From Deltaproteobacteria bacterium (GTDB lineage: Bacteria; Myxococcota_A; Polyangia; Fen-1088): a DNA stretch of 64,000 nucleotides. Location of the stretch: assembly GCA_033763315.1 (NCBI GenBank), contig JANRKS010000007.1:224001-288000 (forward strand). Direction: 5' to 3'. The notes under the pieces are model-generated. The model made no database searches and was not told where the DNA came from. It was given only the letters and a program-made list of their open reading frames with translations. Positions 44,885 through 54,308 of the stretch are shown here, in pieces (the stretch's first letter is position 1; each line of letters opens with the position of its first letter). A program made the position numbers and the translations under genes.

Positions 44885-45606
44885 AAGGCCCACACCCCCA
44901 CGCCCAGCGTGACCAAAAGGTTGTTGCTGATGCGCGCGCGGCCGAGCACCTCTTGCGGCACGATGAAGTCGCGCACGTCAACGCGCATATCAAAGTATTT
45001 GCCGAGAAACAGGCGCATGCCGACCCCTGCCTCCCACGTCAGCCCTTGCACACTGTCGTGAAACGTTCGCCCCACGCCACCCACCAAGAAGATGTCTGCG
45101 GGATAAATGCCTTCCTCGCTGAACTTGAATTTGGCCTGCATCGGCACAAACAACATCGAGGCCATCGCTTGGGTGGCGCTGCCGCTTTCAAAGCGTGTCT
45201 TGCCGTCGAAGCTGGTGAAAGGCTTTTCCAAGTCAAAGCTCACCGGGGCATGCGTGACCAGCACTTCCAACGCAAAGTCCTCGCTGAAATAAAATGAACC
45301 CGCGCCGCCGTACGTATAGGTGGACGACAAAACGTCGGAAGCATAAAGCCCGCCGACCGCCGTCACTTCGAAGCGGTGCTTCTTGAGGAAGGGCCGCCGC
45401 TGCACGCCTTTGCGCACTTGCCCGTCAGCCGAAAGGTCCTCCAAACACGGAATGCGCAGTGAAACATCCTCGGCGTCGGGTTCAACGCTGTCGGCTTGGC
45501 CCGGCTCAGGTGGGTCGGCGCCTTCGTCGTACGTGCTTTGAGCCATGGCCGGGCCGGCAGCCCCCAACACCAGTGCCCCAATGAACAGCCGGGCGCGGAC
45601 AGGCAT
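44881..45606 (-). CDS. Outer-membrane beta-barrel protein (TIGR04565-like), paralog of the downstream gene
   Basis: Signal peptide ending AMA. VQRRPFLKKHRFEV, FSEDFALE, PMQAKF, RVDVRD. Confidence 0.82.
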   Translation of the reverse strand: MPVRARLFIGALVLGAAGPAMAQSTYDEGADPPEPGQADSVEPDAEDVSLRIPCLEDLSADGQVRKGVQRRPFLKKHRFEVTAVGGLYASDVLSSTYTYGGAGSFYFSEDFALEVLVTHAPVSFDLEKPFTSFDGKTRFESGSATQAMASMLFVPMQAKFKFSEEGIYPADIFLVGGVGRTFHDSVQGLTWEAGVGMRLFLGKYFDMRVDVRDFIVPQEVLGRARISNNLLVTLGVGVWAL

Positions 45607-45683
45607 TTTCGATCCTAACCTCATCAAAGCCAATCGAGGGTACCCCGCATGGCGGCAGGCCACAAGCTTAAGCCCGTCCGGCT

Positions 45684-46607
45684 TCAACCGCCGTTGGCGA
45701 TGTGATCGGCAAAAACGCCCGACACATCCAAAACGTGCAGGCCAAGGGGCGCCAGCGCGGTGGCGCGCGGATGTGAGTTGGTGCAGGTCACACTGCGCAC
45801 GAGGCCGCTGTCTCGCAATCGCTCGTACGCTTGCCCCGGAAACACACCGTGAGTTGCAACGACATCAATTTGGTTGGCACCCGCCTCTCGGTAGGCGGTG
45901 GCCGCAGCCAGCAGCGATCCGCCCGTGCGAATCATGTCGTCATAGATCACCACATTCTTGCCCGCGACGTCGCAGCTGACCGACGTGATCTGTGTGTCGG
46001 TGCCGCTCATGCGGCGTTTGATGATGATCGCTGCTTGGCAACGCAGCTCTTGCGCCAAGCCCTGCACCCACTTCGCCCGTCCGGCGTCCGTTGACGCGAG
46101 CACCAAATCGGGGCCTCCCAACGCCTTGATGTGCGGCAACAGCACGCTTTTGGCCGTGAGATTGCGCGACACCGCGTGGCCCTCGAAGTAGTGCGGCAAG
46201 CCTTCGTTGTGCAAATCGATGCACCAGATGCGGTTGCCAAACGGCGCCGCGGGTATCGCTGAAAGTAAACGCGTGCGGGTCTTCGCAGTGACAACCTCGC
46301 CTGGGTAGGTCATGCGTTCCATGGTGCTGTACCCGAAGTAGGGCACCACCAAGTCCAAACGTCGCACGCCGTATTTGGCGAGCGCGCAGCTCAGATCGAA
46401 TAGCGTCAACGTGCTCGCGTCGTCGTGGGTGCCCCCCACCACCAGGGCGTCCCGCTGCGCGAGCCGACTGTCGATGCGTTGGTAAAGCTCTCCATCGGGA
46501 AACGTTTGTCGGGTCACCGTCCCAAGCTCGGCCCCCAACCGGTCAGCAAGCGCTGCGGCAAAGGCCTCGTATCCGGGGATGCTGAAAAGAATCGGGGACT
46601 CAAGCAA
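45684..46607 (-). CDS. prs: Ribose-phosphate pyrophosphokinase
   Basis: FPDGE, PYFGY, IDLH, STDAGR, VIYDDMIRTGGSL, ATHGVF. SD AAGGAG before TTG. Confidence 0.93.
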   Translation of the reverse strand: MLESPILFSIPGYEAFAAALADRLGAELGTVTRQTFPDGELYQRIDSRLAQRDALVVGGTHDDASTLTLFDLSCALAKYGVRRLDLVVPYFGYSTMERMTYPGEVVTAKTRTRLLSAIPAAPFGNRIWCIDLHNEGLPHYFEGHAVSRNLTAKSVLLPHIKALGGPDLVLASTDAGRAKWVQGLAQELRCQAAIIIKRRMSGTDTQITSVSCDVAGKNVVIYDDMIRTGGSLLAAATAYREAGANQIDVVATHGVFPGQAYERLRDSGLVRSVTCTNSHPRATALAPLGLHVLDVSGVFADHIANGG

Positions 46608-46722
46608 GGGGCGCTCCTTCGAAGGTGCCGTACATGTAGGCGAAACTGCCGCACAATGCGAGCCTTAGGCCCATAGACCACTAGGCATTCGCGATTGCCC
46701 ATGAGTATAGTTATATCCATTA

Positions 46723-47709
46723 TTGGCTCGCGTCCCGGAGGCCGTCTTGAAGTTTGGTTACCTTACGCTCCTGTTTATTGCCTGCGGCGTGGCCTGTTCG
46801 CCGGAATCGCGCCCCGATGGCGCCAGCACCGGCGACGCGGGCGTGCCTACGGATGCCTCGAGCGGCGGCGCGGGCGGCGGCACAGCTGGAGGTGCTGGAG
46901 GTCGGGCCACTGGGGGCGCTGGGGGTGCGGGCGGCATCGCAGGCGCGGCGGGCATGAGCGGCGGTGCGGGCGGTGGCGCAGGCTCGGCCAACGGTGGAGC
47001 GGCGGGCGGTATGGCGGGCATGGGCATGACCGGTGGAATGGCGGGCATGGCACCACCACCACCTCCGCCCGGTCCCGTTGAAAAACCCACGGCAGCCTCC
47101 TTCTTCTCAGGTAAGACGAACGCGCCTTCGAAACTCGTGTCGCGGGACGTTAACCCTGGTTACTTTTACGCTGTGCAACCGTTTGGTTCAGCGCCGTCCA
47201 TGTCAGTGGTCACTTTGGCGGAGGGTGATCTCACGGGCCTCCCCGCAGGGATCACATTCGCGCAAAAGGCTTCCACAGTCACGATGGCGGATTCGCAGTT
47301 GCTCATCGCGGGATTCAACTTCCGGGCTGATGACGACAAGAAATGGCGTTGGATCGACGCCACTGACTTCGCAGGGCTTTCATTTTGGGCCAAGGTCGCA
47401 ACGGGCATGATCGAAGGCTCAACCACGACGGTGGACGCTACAAATGTGCTGGCCACCGATCCAGCGGTAGGCACCTGCGCAGCCGCGCCCTGCGTGTCTG
47501 TTCACGGCAAAATCATGACCGTCACGGCAACTTGGACTCAATTTAAGTTCAAATGGTCTGATTTCACCCTGCCCGTTGACGCCACCCAAGGTCCGGTTGA
47601 GACAAAGCAACTCGGAAGAATTGATCTGCTGTTCGGCGTGCCTGCGAACACCGCGTTTGATCTGTTCGTGACCGGCGTACAGCTGGCCACCGCGGCCGAG
47701 CTGAATTGA
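46723..47709 (+). CDS. Lipoprotein with long Gly/Ala/Met linker and CBM11/galactose-binding-like domain
   Basis: Lipobox GVAC, (GGAG)n and poly-Pro linker, DATDFAGLSFWAK and WTQFKFKWSDF. Confidence 0.72.
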   Translation: MARVPEAVLKFGYLTLLFIACGVACSPESRPDGASTGDAGVPTDASSGGAGGGTAGGAGGRATGGAGGAGGIAGAAGMSGGAGGGAGSANGGAAGGMAGMGMTGGMAGMAPPPPPPGPVEKPTAASFFSGKTNAPSKLVSRDVNPGYFYAVQPFGSAPSMSVVTLAEGDLTGLPAGITFAQKASTVTMADSQLLIAGFNFRADDDKKWRWIDATDFAGLSFWAKVATGMIEGSTTTVDATNVLATDPAVGTCAAAPCVSVHGKIMTVTATWTQFKFKWSDFTLPVDATQGPVETKQLGRIDLLFGVPANTAFDLFVTGVQLATAAELN

Positions 47710-47717
47710 AGGCAAAG

Positions 47718-47745
47718 TTGCAGATACTGCACATTTGAATAGTAT
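47718..47745 (+). promoter_or_regulatory. Sigma70-like promoter overlapped by a LexA/SOS-box-like palindrome
   Basis: TTGCAG-N16-TAGTAT with TACTGCACATTTGAATAGTA (47725-47744) covering the spacer and the -10 element. Confidence 0.6.
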
Positions 47746-47755
47746 AGGGGCGGTC

Positions 47756-49867
47756 ATGTCCGCCCTGCCGTCCGCTGCACCAATCGTTGCCCCAGGCTCT
47801 CCTGAGGATCAGCTCCCGGGCCCCCTGGCCGGCCTGAACGCAGCACAGCGGGCGGCGGTGCTGCATGAGATCGGCCCCCTGCTGATCATCGCCGGCGCCG
47901 GCACCGGCAAAACGCAAACGCTCGCGTGCCGGGTGGCGGAACTCTTGCGGCGGGGCGCCGATCCTCGGCGGGTGCTGTTGCTGACCTTCACCCGCCGGGC
48001 GGCGGTTGAGATGTCGAGGCGCGCGGTGCGGCTCGTTCACCAGCAAGCGCGGGCCCAAAGCGCCAAGGCCGGAGCGCTGGCGATCAACGGACTGCCCTGG
48101 TCGGGCACCTTTCACGCCATCGCCAACAAGTTGCTGCGAATGCATGCGCCCGCGCTGGGGCTCGATCCTTCGTTCACGATATTGGATCGCGAAGACGCCG
48201 CCTCTCAAATCGATCTGCTGCGCACCGAGCTGGGTCTGTCACGCGTCGATCGCCGCTTCCCCCGCAAAGGCACCTGCCTGGCGATTTATTCACGCACGGT
48301 GAACACGCAAACGTCACTGCAAGACAACCTTGAGCAGGCGTTCCCCTGGTGTAGCGAATGGGAACAACCTCTTCGCCAACTGTTCGCAAGCTACGTGCGC
48401 AGCAAATTTGAGCGCCGTCTGCTCGATTACGACGATCTGTTGCTCTACTGGTTTCACTTAATGAACCACCCGCCATCCGCCCAGACGATCGAAGCGTTGT
48501 TCGATCACATTCTTGTGGATGAATACCAAGACACCAACAACCTGCAGGCAGCCATCGTCCACAAGTTGAGCCCGCAGGGTCGTGGCGTCACAGTGGTGGG
48601 GGACGACGCACAATCGATCTATGCGTTCCGCGCCGCCAGCGTTCGCAATATCTTGGATTTCGCCAAACAGTACACGCCGCCTGCCACGGTGCTGACGCTT
48701 GAACAGAACTACCGATCAACGCAACCCATCCTTGACGCCACCAACGCTGTCATCGCTCTGTCACCCGAACGGTTTTCTAAACAACTGTTCTCCACGCGCG
48801 CCTCCGCCGACAAACCCCGCATGGTTACGGTGAGCGATGAGATGGAACAGGTTCATTACGTGGTGTCACAGGTGTTGGCGCAGCGAGAGGCGGGCGTGCG
48901 TTTGCAGCAACAAGCGGTGCTGTTTCGCGCCTCGCACCACAGCGACGCGCTTGAAATCGAGTTGGGCCGGCGCAACATTCCTTTCGTAAAATTTGGCGGG
49001 TTGCGGTTCTTAGAGTCCGCCCACGTCAAAGACGCTGTTTGTTGTTTGCGCTGGGCGGAAAACGCGCGTGACGCCATCGCAGGCACGCGCGTGTTGCAGC
49101 TGCTCCCCGGCATCGGGCCTCACGTGGCCAAACGCGTGTGGACGCACATCGCCGCGTGTAACTTTGCCGTCGCAAAGGCCCTGGCGTGCCACCAGCCTCC
49201 GGTGTCAGCCCAAGAGGATTGGCCTGCGCTCGCTGATCTCATGTCACAACTTTGCAGCACCCCTTGGGCGGGCCAAATGGCGTTGGTTCGCAAATGGTAC
49301 GAGCCACACTTAGAACGCCTCTACGACAACGCGCGCGCACGCCTCGGCGATCTTGAACAACTGGAACAAATCGCGGCAGCCACACCCTCGCGTGAGCGAT
49401 TCTTGTCTGACCTTGCTTTGGATCCACCCCAGGCCACAGGTGCGGAAGCAGGACCACCTCACTTGGACGAAGACTTTTTGATCCTATCCACGATTCATTC
49501 GTCGAAGGGCCAAGAATGGGACACCGTGTTTCTGCTCAACGCCGCCGATGGCTGCATCCCTTCCGACCTGGCCACGGGCGATCCGCAGCAGATCGAAGAA
49601 GAGCGTCGCCTGCTTTATGTGGGCATGACGCGCGCAAAGAACCGCTTGGACGTCATTCACCCGCTGCGCTTTTTCATCCGCCAACAAAGCCGTTATGGCG
49701 ACAAACACGTCTTCACACCACGCAGCCGCTTCTTGCCAACTGAAGTGCTGCGTTTCTTTGCTTGTGAAAGCCCCACACCCGCGTACGCCGCGGTGCCTGC
49801 CGCCAACACGCAGGCCGCGTCGCCTCCGGTGGATATGGTGGCGGCGCTGTCAGCCATGTGGCAATGA
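47756..49867 (+). CDS. UvrD/Rep-family ATP-dependent helicase (second, divergent subfamily)
   Basis: AGAGTGKT, TFTRRAA, VDEYQDTN, VGDDAQSIY, LEQNYRS, HSSKGQEW, EERRLLYVGMTRA. Confidence 0.93.
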   Translation: MSALPSAAPIVAPGSPEDQLPGPLAGLNAAQRAAVLHEIGPLLIIAGAGTGKTQTLACRVAELLRRGADPRRVLLLTFTRRAAVEMSRRAVRLVHQQARAQSAKAGALAINGLPWSGTFHAIANKLLRMHAPALGLDPSFTILDREDAASQIDLLRTELGLSRVDRRFPRKGTCLAIYSRTVNTQTSLQDNLEQAFPWCSEWEQPLRQLFASYVRSKFERRLLDYDDLLLYWFHLMNHPPSAQTIEALFDHILVDEYQDTNNLQAAIVHKLSPQGRGVTVVGDDAQSIYAFRAASVRNILDFAKQYTPPATVLTLEQNYRSTQPILDATNAVIALSPERFSKQLFSTRASADKPRMVTVSDEMEQVHYVVSQVLAQREAGVRLQQQAVLFRASHHSDALEIELGRRNIPFVKFGGLRFLESAHVKDAVCCLRWAENARDAIAGTRVLQLLPGIGPHVAKRVWTHIAACNFAVAKALACHQPPVSAQEDWPALADLMSQLCSTPWAGQMALVRKWYEPHLERLYDNARARLGDLEQLEQIAAATPSRERFLSDLALDPPQATGAEAGPPHLDEDFLILSTIHSSKGQEWDTVFLLNAADGCIPSDLATGDPQQIEEERRLLYVGMTRAKNRLDVIHPLRFFIRQQSRYGDKHVFTPRSRFLPTEVLRFFACESPTPAYAAVPAANTQAASPPVDMVAALSAMWQ

Positions 49868-50299
49868 TTGCACGTTGTGGCCGCTTTGTTTGTAACGCCG
49901 AATCTCACCATCCCGGACGATGAACTGTCCGTCGCGTTCGCTCGTTCAGCGGGGCCTGGTGGCCAAAACGTGAATAAGGTCGAAACGCAGGTGGAATTGC
50001 GTTGGGCGTTGTCCAGCTCGCGGGCGCTGTCTGATGCCGATAAAGCTTGGCTCCTGTCGCGGCTGGCTTCTCGCCTCACCAACGGGGGTGAACTGTTGGT
50101 CACCTCCAGTCTCACGCGCAGCCAGCTTCAAAACCGCCAGGACGCCACGGAGAAGCTCGTAAACATCTTGCGGGTGGCGCTGGTGCGCCCGAAACGGCGG
50201 CGCAAAACCAGGCCAACGCGCGGCTCTGTCGAACGCAGACTCACGGAAAAAAAGCAGCGATCCGACCGCAAGCGTTCGCGAAGCGGGAACCTCGATTAG
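49868..50299 (+). CDS. arfB: Alternative ribosome rescue peptidyl-tRNA hydrolase ArfB (YaeJ)
   Basis: RSAGPGGQNVNKV, RSQLQNR and a basic tail (RRKTRPTRGSVERRL..KK). Start may be GTG 49877. Confidence 0.95.
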   Translation: MHVVAALFVTPNLTIPDDELSVAFARSAGPGGQNVNKVETQVELRWALSSSRALSDADKAWLLSRLASRLTNGGELLVTSSLTRSQLQNRQDATEKLVNILRVALVRPKRRRKTRPTRGSVERRLTEKKQRSDRKRSRSGNLD

Positions 50300-50302
50300 G
50301 GA

Positions 50303-51223
50303 TCACTTGGTGATGACAAGCGTCGGGCCTGTGGCACCGGCCTCGCGCGAATCGATCTCAAAGCGTTCGTGGTTCTGATACGCCGTGGCCGCTTCGTGCG
50401 TCAGCGAGAACGAAACAGTGGTGGCACCAGCCGCTTTCTGCGCTGCCACATACGCCGTTACGTCGAAGGTCAGCGTGGCCGGTTGCACCGTACCGACGTT
50501 GGCTGTGGCGATCAAAGTCCCCGCGGTCGGCCGGTTGCTCCACGTAACGGTGGTTTCGGTCCACGTCGAAACAAGCTGCCGCGCCTCCAACGTGCCTGGG
50601 GCGCTGTTCGACAGCTTCACATTGAGAAGCAAAATGGCCTTTTGAACTGTGGCCACACTCTGCAACGAGAACTTCATCATGGCCTCGCGCCAATAAAATT
50701 GCTCGTCCATCCCAGGCCGGTATTTCGCAAGCAAGATCGCTTCGCCGCCAAAGTTCGTGTTCGAGTTGTCAACGACGCTGCTGCCGTTGAAACCACTGCC
50801 TTGCACGTAGGAATCTTCGATGGCGGGCAATTTGACTTCAACCGGTGCGGCGGCATCGAGCTTGGGCGCGGCATCTAGTTTGGGCGCTGCATCGAGCTTG
50901 GGGGCGGCGTCCAGTTTGGGCGCCGCATCGAGCTTGGGCGCGGCATCAAGCTTGGGCGCGGCGTCTGTGGGCGCATCCGGAGTCACACCGGCGTCAGGTG
51001 AGCCCTCTGTGGCCGCGTCAAGCTTCACATTCGATCCGCCAACACCAGCACCCCCTTTTCCGCCCTGACCGCCTTTGTTGTCTTGGCCGCCCTGACCGCC
51101 TTCAGATTGAGACGGACCTTCACCCGCGTCCCTCGCGCCACTTTGCACGTCAGTGGATGTGGGGCCGCCACAAGCGAGCAGCGCTGTAACCAAGCTAACT
51201 ACGAATAAGGAACGAAACCACAT
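50303..51223 (-). CDS. Lipoprotein with DNRLRE/CBM96-like domain
   Basis: Lipobox LLAC. EDSYV, NTNFG, WTETTVTWSNRP, FDVT, DSRE...PTLVI. Confidence 0.8.
   Translation of the reverse strand: MWFRSLFVVSLVTALLACGGPTSTDVQSGARDAGEGPSQSEGGQGGQDNKGGQGGKGGAGVGGSNVKLDAATEGSPDAGVTPDAPTDAAPKLDAAPKLDAAPKLDAAPKLDAAPKLDAAPKLDAAAPVEVKLPAIEDSYVQGSGFNGSSVVDNSNTNFGGEAILLAKYRPGMDEQFYWREAMMKFSLQSVATVQKAILLLNVKLSNSAPGTLEARQLVSTWTETTVTWSNRPTAGTLIATANVGTVQPATLTFDVTAYVAAQKAAGATTVSFSLTHEAATAYQNHERFEIDSREAGATGPTLVITK
50850..50957. repeat. Six tandem 18-bp coding repeats (PKLDAA)x6
   Basis: Units such as GCGGCATCGAGCTTGGGC. The units differ only at synonymous positions. Confidence 0.95.
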
Positions 51224-51337
51224 GGCTTACAGAAAACTATCGCAATGATCTTCGGCCGCCAGGCAAATCTCAGTGCAACGTTACGAAAATCGCCTAGGCA
51301 TATCCACGTCACAGCGACAGGCCAGTTCGAGGGTCCG

Positions 51338-52138
51338 CTAGAGCATGTCCTTGGATAGCGATTTGCCCACCTGGCGCAACGCTGCCTCTAATTGCGTGCG
51401 AATTGTCACCATGCGCGCTGTTGGTCCCGACACGCTGATCGCCGCCACAGCCTGCCCGCTTGCATCCAAGATCGGCACGGCCACACACGAGGCGCCGAGC
51501 TCAATCTCTTCATCATCGCGGCCCAGCCCTGTACTGCGCACTTGCAATAGATGCTCAAGCAAACGAGCCCGCGTCTTGATCGTCTTTGCCGTGAACACCT
51601 CGAAGGTGTGTTTTTCGATGAGCGACTCCATTTGCGTCTTCGGCAAGAACGCGAGGACAGCTTTGCCGAGCGCCGATGCATGAAAAGGCGCGGACGCACC
51701 TTCATCCGCACGGATCCGAAAGCGGCGTTGGCTTTCGAACACGCGGGCGTAAACGATCTGGTTGCCACGCAACACGCCGAGGTTCACCGTTTCATCGAAC
51801 TGCGAACGCAGCTGCTGCATGAACGGCTCTGCACGCACCTCTAGCCGATCACGTGCTTGTGTCAGCCGCTGAAGCTCATCGAGCCGCGGGCCCAACGTCA
51901 CATCACCCGACGTCGCGTCGCGGGTCACATAGCGGCGTGACTCCAACGTTCGCAATATGCGGTAAGCAGAGCTACGCGTGATGCGTGTGCGCGCGACGAC
52001 GTCATTCAAACTCACACATCCACCGGCATCAGCCACCAACTCGATGACCTGCAACGCGCGCACAACCATAGGCACTTCGTAGCGACCTCGATCGCCCTCG
52101 ACAGCGGCCTTCGTTGCGATTTTCGCGGTCTTTTTCAA
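51338..52138 (-). CDS. IclR family transcriptional regulator
   Basis: VVRALQVIE..HTH..SSAYRILRTL, ETVNLG, ASALGKA, DDEE..GASCVAVP, AAISVSGP. SD GGAGG before TTG. Confidence 0.93.
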   Translation of the reverse strand: MKKTAKIATKAAVEGDRGRYEVPMVVRALQVIELVADAGGCVSLNDVVARTRITRSSAYRILRTLESRRYVTRDATSGDVTLGPRLDELQRLTQARDRLEVRAEPFMQQLRSQFDETVNLGVLRGNQIVYARVFESQRRFRIRADEGASAPFHASALGKAVLAFLPKTQMESLIEKHTFEVFTAKTIKTRARLLEHLLQVRSTGLGRDDEEIELGASCVAVPILDASGQAVAAISVSGPTARMVTIRTQLEAALRQVGKSLSKDML

Positions 52139-52150
52139 GGAACCTCCCCG

Positions 52151-53248
52151 CTACGTTCTTTTGATCCCCGAACGTTCCAGCACCATGTCTGCCACACCAT
52201 TGACCCAGGTCGGATGCGCGTTCAGCGAAGGGATCAAAAGCAAATCTTCGCCGCCAAGCGCATGCCACTGTTCTTTGGCCCGGATGCCGATCTCCTCGAC
52301 GGTTTCCAAACAATCGGCAACAAACGCGGGAGAAAAAACGGCCAAGCGCTTGATACCTTTTTGCGCGAGTTCAGGCAGGACGAGATCGGTATATGGCTTG
52401 ATCCAAGGCGTGCGACCAAGCCGTGATTGGAAGCTGTAACTGAATGTTCCGGGTGCCAAAGAAAGCGCGTTGACAAGCGCGTTCGTGGTGGCAACGCAGT
52501 GGGCCCGGTAGCAGAAGCGGTTGGCTGGACAAATGGCATCACAACACGTTGAGGTGGCCAAACAATGCGAGCCCGTGGTGTCACTTTTTTTCACTTGGCG
52601 CTCAGGCAGACCGTGGTAGCTGAACAAAACATAATTGGGAGCGAACGCATCCAACAAAGGGCGTGCCACGTCACGAAAGCCATCAATGAAAGCGGGGGCG
52701 TCGTAAAAGGAATCAAAGGAATCGACGGCCGGAACGTTCCACGATTCGGCCACCACCTTCATCACACGTTCCAAGGCGGAGCCCGTCGCCGCGCTTGAAT
52801 ACTGTGGAAACAGCGGCAAGATGATCAAGCGTTCAAGATCTTGCTTGAGCAACTCTTGCAGAACGCTTGGGATCGACGGCTTGCCGTAGCGCATCGCCAA
52901 CCGCACAACGAAGCGTCCGGGCGATTTCTCGTTCAACGCCGCTTGCACGCCCGCTTGCAACGCGCGCCCGTGCACCAACAACGGCGAGCCGTCGCTCATC
53001 CATACCGAACGATAAGCTGCCGCTGATTTGGCGGGCCGGAACGGCAGGATGAAGACGTTGAGCAACAGCCAACGGCCTAACGGGTTGATGTCGATGACGC
53101 GCGGATCGCTGAGGAACTCACGTAGGTAGGCGCGCACCTCGGCCGTGGCCGGCGCATCAGGCGTTCCCAAGTTCACCAACAACACCCCGATGGAACGAGA
53201 GGAGGAGGCGTTCTGGGCAACGGGGGCAGTCGTGGCTTCGCGGATCAT
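52151..53248 (-). CDS. hemH: Ferrochelatase
   Basis: GVLLVNLGTP, FLSDPRV, AMRYGKP, PLFPQYS, FSYHGLP, FQSRLG..WIKP, FVADCLETVEEI. Confidence 0.96.
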   Translation of the reverse strand: MIREATTAPVAQNASSSRSIGVLLVNLGTPDAPATAEVRAYLREFLSDPRVIDINPLGRWLLLNVFILPFRPAKSAAAYRSVWMSDGSPLLVHGRALQAGVQAALNEKSPGRFVVRLAMRYGKPSIPSVLQELLKQDLERLIILPLFPQYSSAATGSALERVMKVVAESWNVPAVDSFDSFYDAPAFIDGFRDVARPLLDAFAPNYVLFSYHGLPERQVKKSDTTGSHCLATSTCCDAICPANRFCYRAHCVATTNALVNALSLAPGTFSYSFQSRLGRTPWIKPYTDLVLPELAQKGIKRLAVFSPAFVADCLETVEEIGIRAKEQWHALGGEDLLLIPSLNAHPTWVNGVADMVLERSGIKRT

Positions 53249-53364
53249 TGGGGCGGATCATGCCGGAACCAGGTCGCGTGTCGAGGGCAACCCGCCGCGA
53301 CGGGGCGCCGTCGAGGCAAATTCCCTCGTACGTGGGCCAAGCCCGGTGAAGTAAGCTGCGTCGC

Positions 53365-54117
53365 ATGCATCGTCAGGCTGTGGTCACGGGCGCAAGTATG
53401 GGAATTGGACGTGCGTTTGCGGTCACGCTCGCGGCGCGCGGCTACCGGGTGTTGGCGGTCGCCCGAAGCGAACCTGCGCTGGCGCGATTGTTGTTGGAAC
53501 TGCCCGGGGACGGCCACGGGTTACTCGTGGCAGATCTCGCCACGCCAGAGGGTGTGGCCGCCGTTGTGGCACGAATGAAGGACGATCGCGTTCACCTGCT
53601 GGTCAACAACGCGGGCGCGGGCTTGGTGGGGGGCTTCCATGAGCCGCGGATCGACGCCCACCTGAGGCTGATCGATCTCAACGTCAGGGCGCTCACCTGC
53701 CTTTGCCACGCCTTCTTGCAACAGACGCAGCCGGGGGACGCGCTCATCAATGTCTCCTCTGTGCTCGCCTTTGCGCCGCAGCCAACCCAGCCGGTTTATG
53801 CGGCGACGAAAGCGTTCGTCGGTTCATTGACGGAGTCCCTGTGGCAGGAGGGGCAGTCACGTGGCGTCCACGTGTTGTCCGTCGCTCCGGGGCCCACGGC
53901 GACAGAATTCGGCAAACATGCGGGGCGTCCTCCCGGCTGGGGCCGCGCGCAATGGACGCTCAGCACGCCCGAACAGGTCGTGCACGCGGCGCTGGGCGCC
54001 CTTGATAGAAAGCGGGGACCTCATGTGGTGCCCGGCCTTTTCAATAAGGTTTTCGTGGGTCTCACCCACTTTGTGACCCGACGGTGGCTCGTCCGGCTCA
54101 TGGGGCGCGCGGGATAG
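53365..54117 (+). CDS. Short-chain dehydrogenase/reductase
   Basis: TGASMGIG, NNAG, YAATK, PGPTAT. Confidence 0.92.
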   Translation: MHRQAVVTGASMGIGRAFAVTLAARGYRVLAVARSEPALARLLLELPGDGHGLLVADLATPEGVAAVVARMKDDRVHLLVNNAGAGLVGGFHEPRIDAHLRLIDLNVRALTCLCHAFLQQTQPGDALINVSSVLAFAPQPTQPVYAATKAFVGSLTESLWQEGQSRGVHVLSVAPGPTATEFGKHAGRPPGWGRAQWTLSTPEQVVHAALGALDRKRGPHVVPGLFNKVFVGLTHFVTRRWLVRLMGRAG

Positions 54118-54308
54118 GGCGTAACTAGCCAGATCTACCCTTGTCTGCCGAAGCAAGGCCCCAATCCAGTGTAAAACCACCCGTTCGCTATAGATGCATT
54201 AGGATACGTTTTAGGTACTTTCTGGTATTGTTTGGGACGTTCGTTTATGCGCGTCCCGGTGTTGATCGCCTGCGCGCGTCCGTGAAGTTCCTAATGCGGA
54301 GGCCTTTC

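Noticed and set aside
46855-47075. GGC/GCG-rich low-complexity DNA as a noncoding repeat or G-quadruplex element
   Set aside because: It is explained by the Gly/Ala/Met linker of the lipoprotein. Similar linkers occur at about 3380-3480 and 35280-35460.
50850-50957. 18-bp repeats as a CRISPR array
   Set aside because: There are no spacers, the repeats are in-frame coding, and no cas genes are present.
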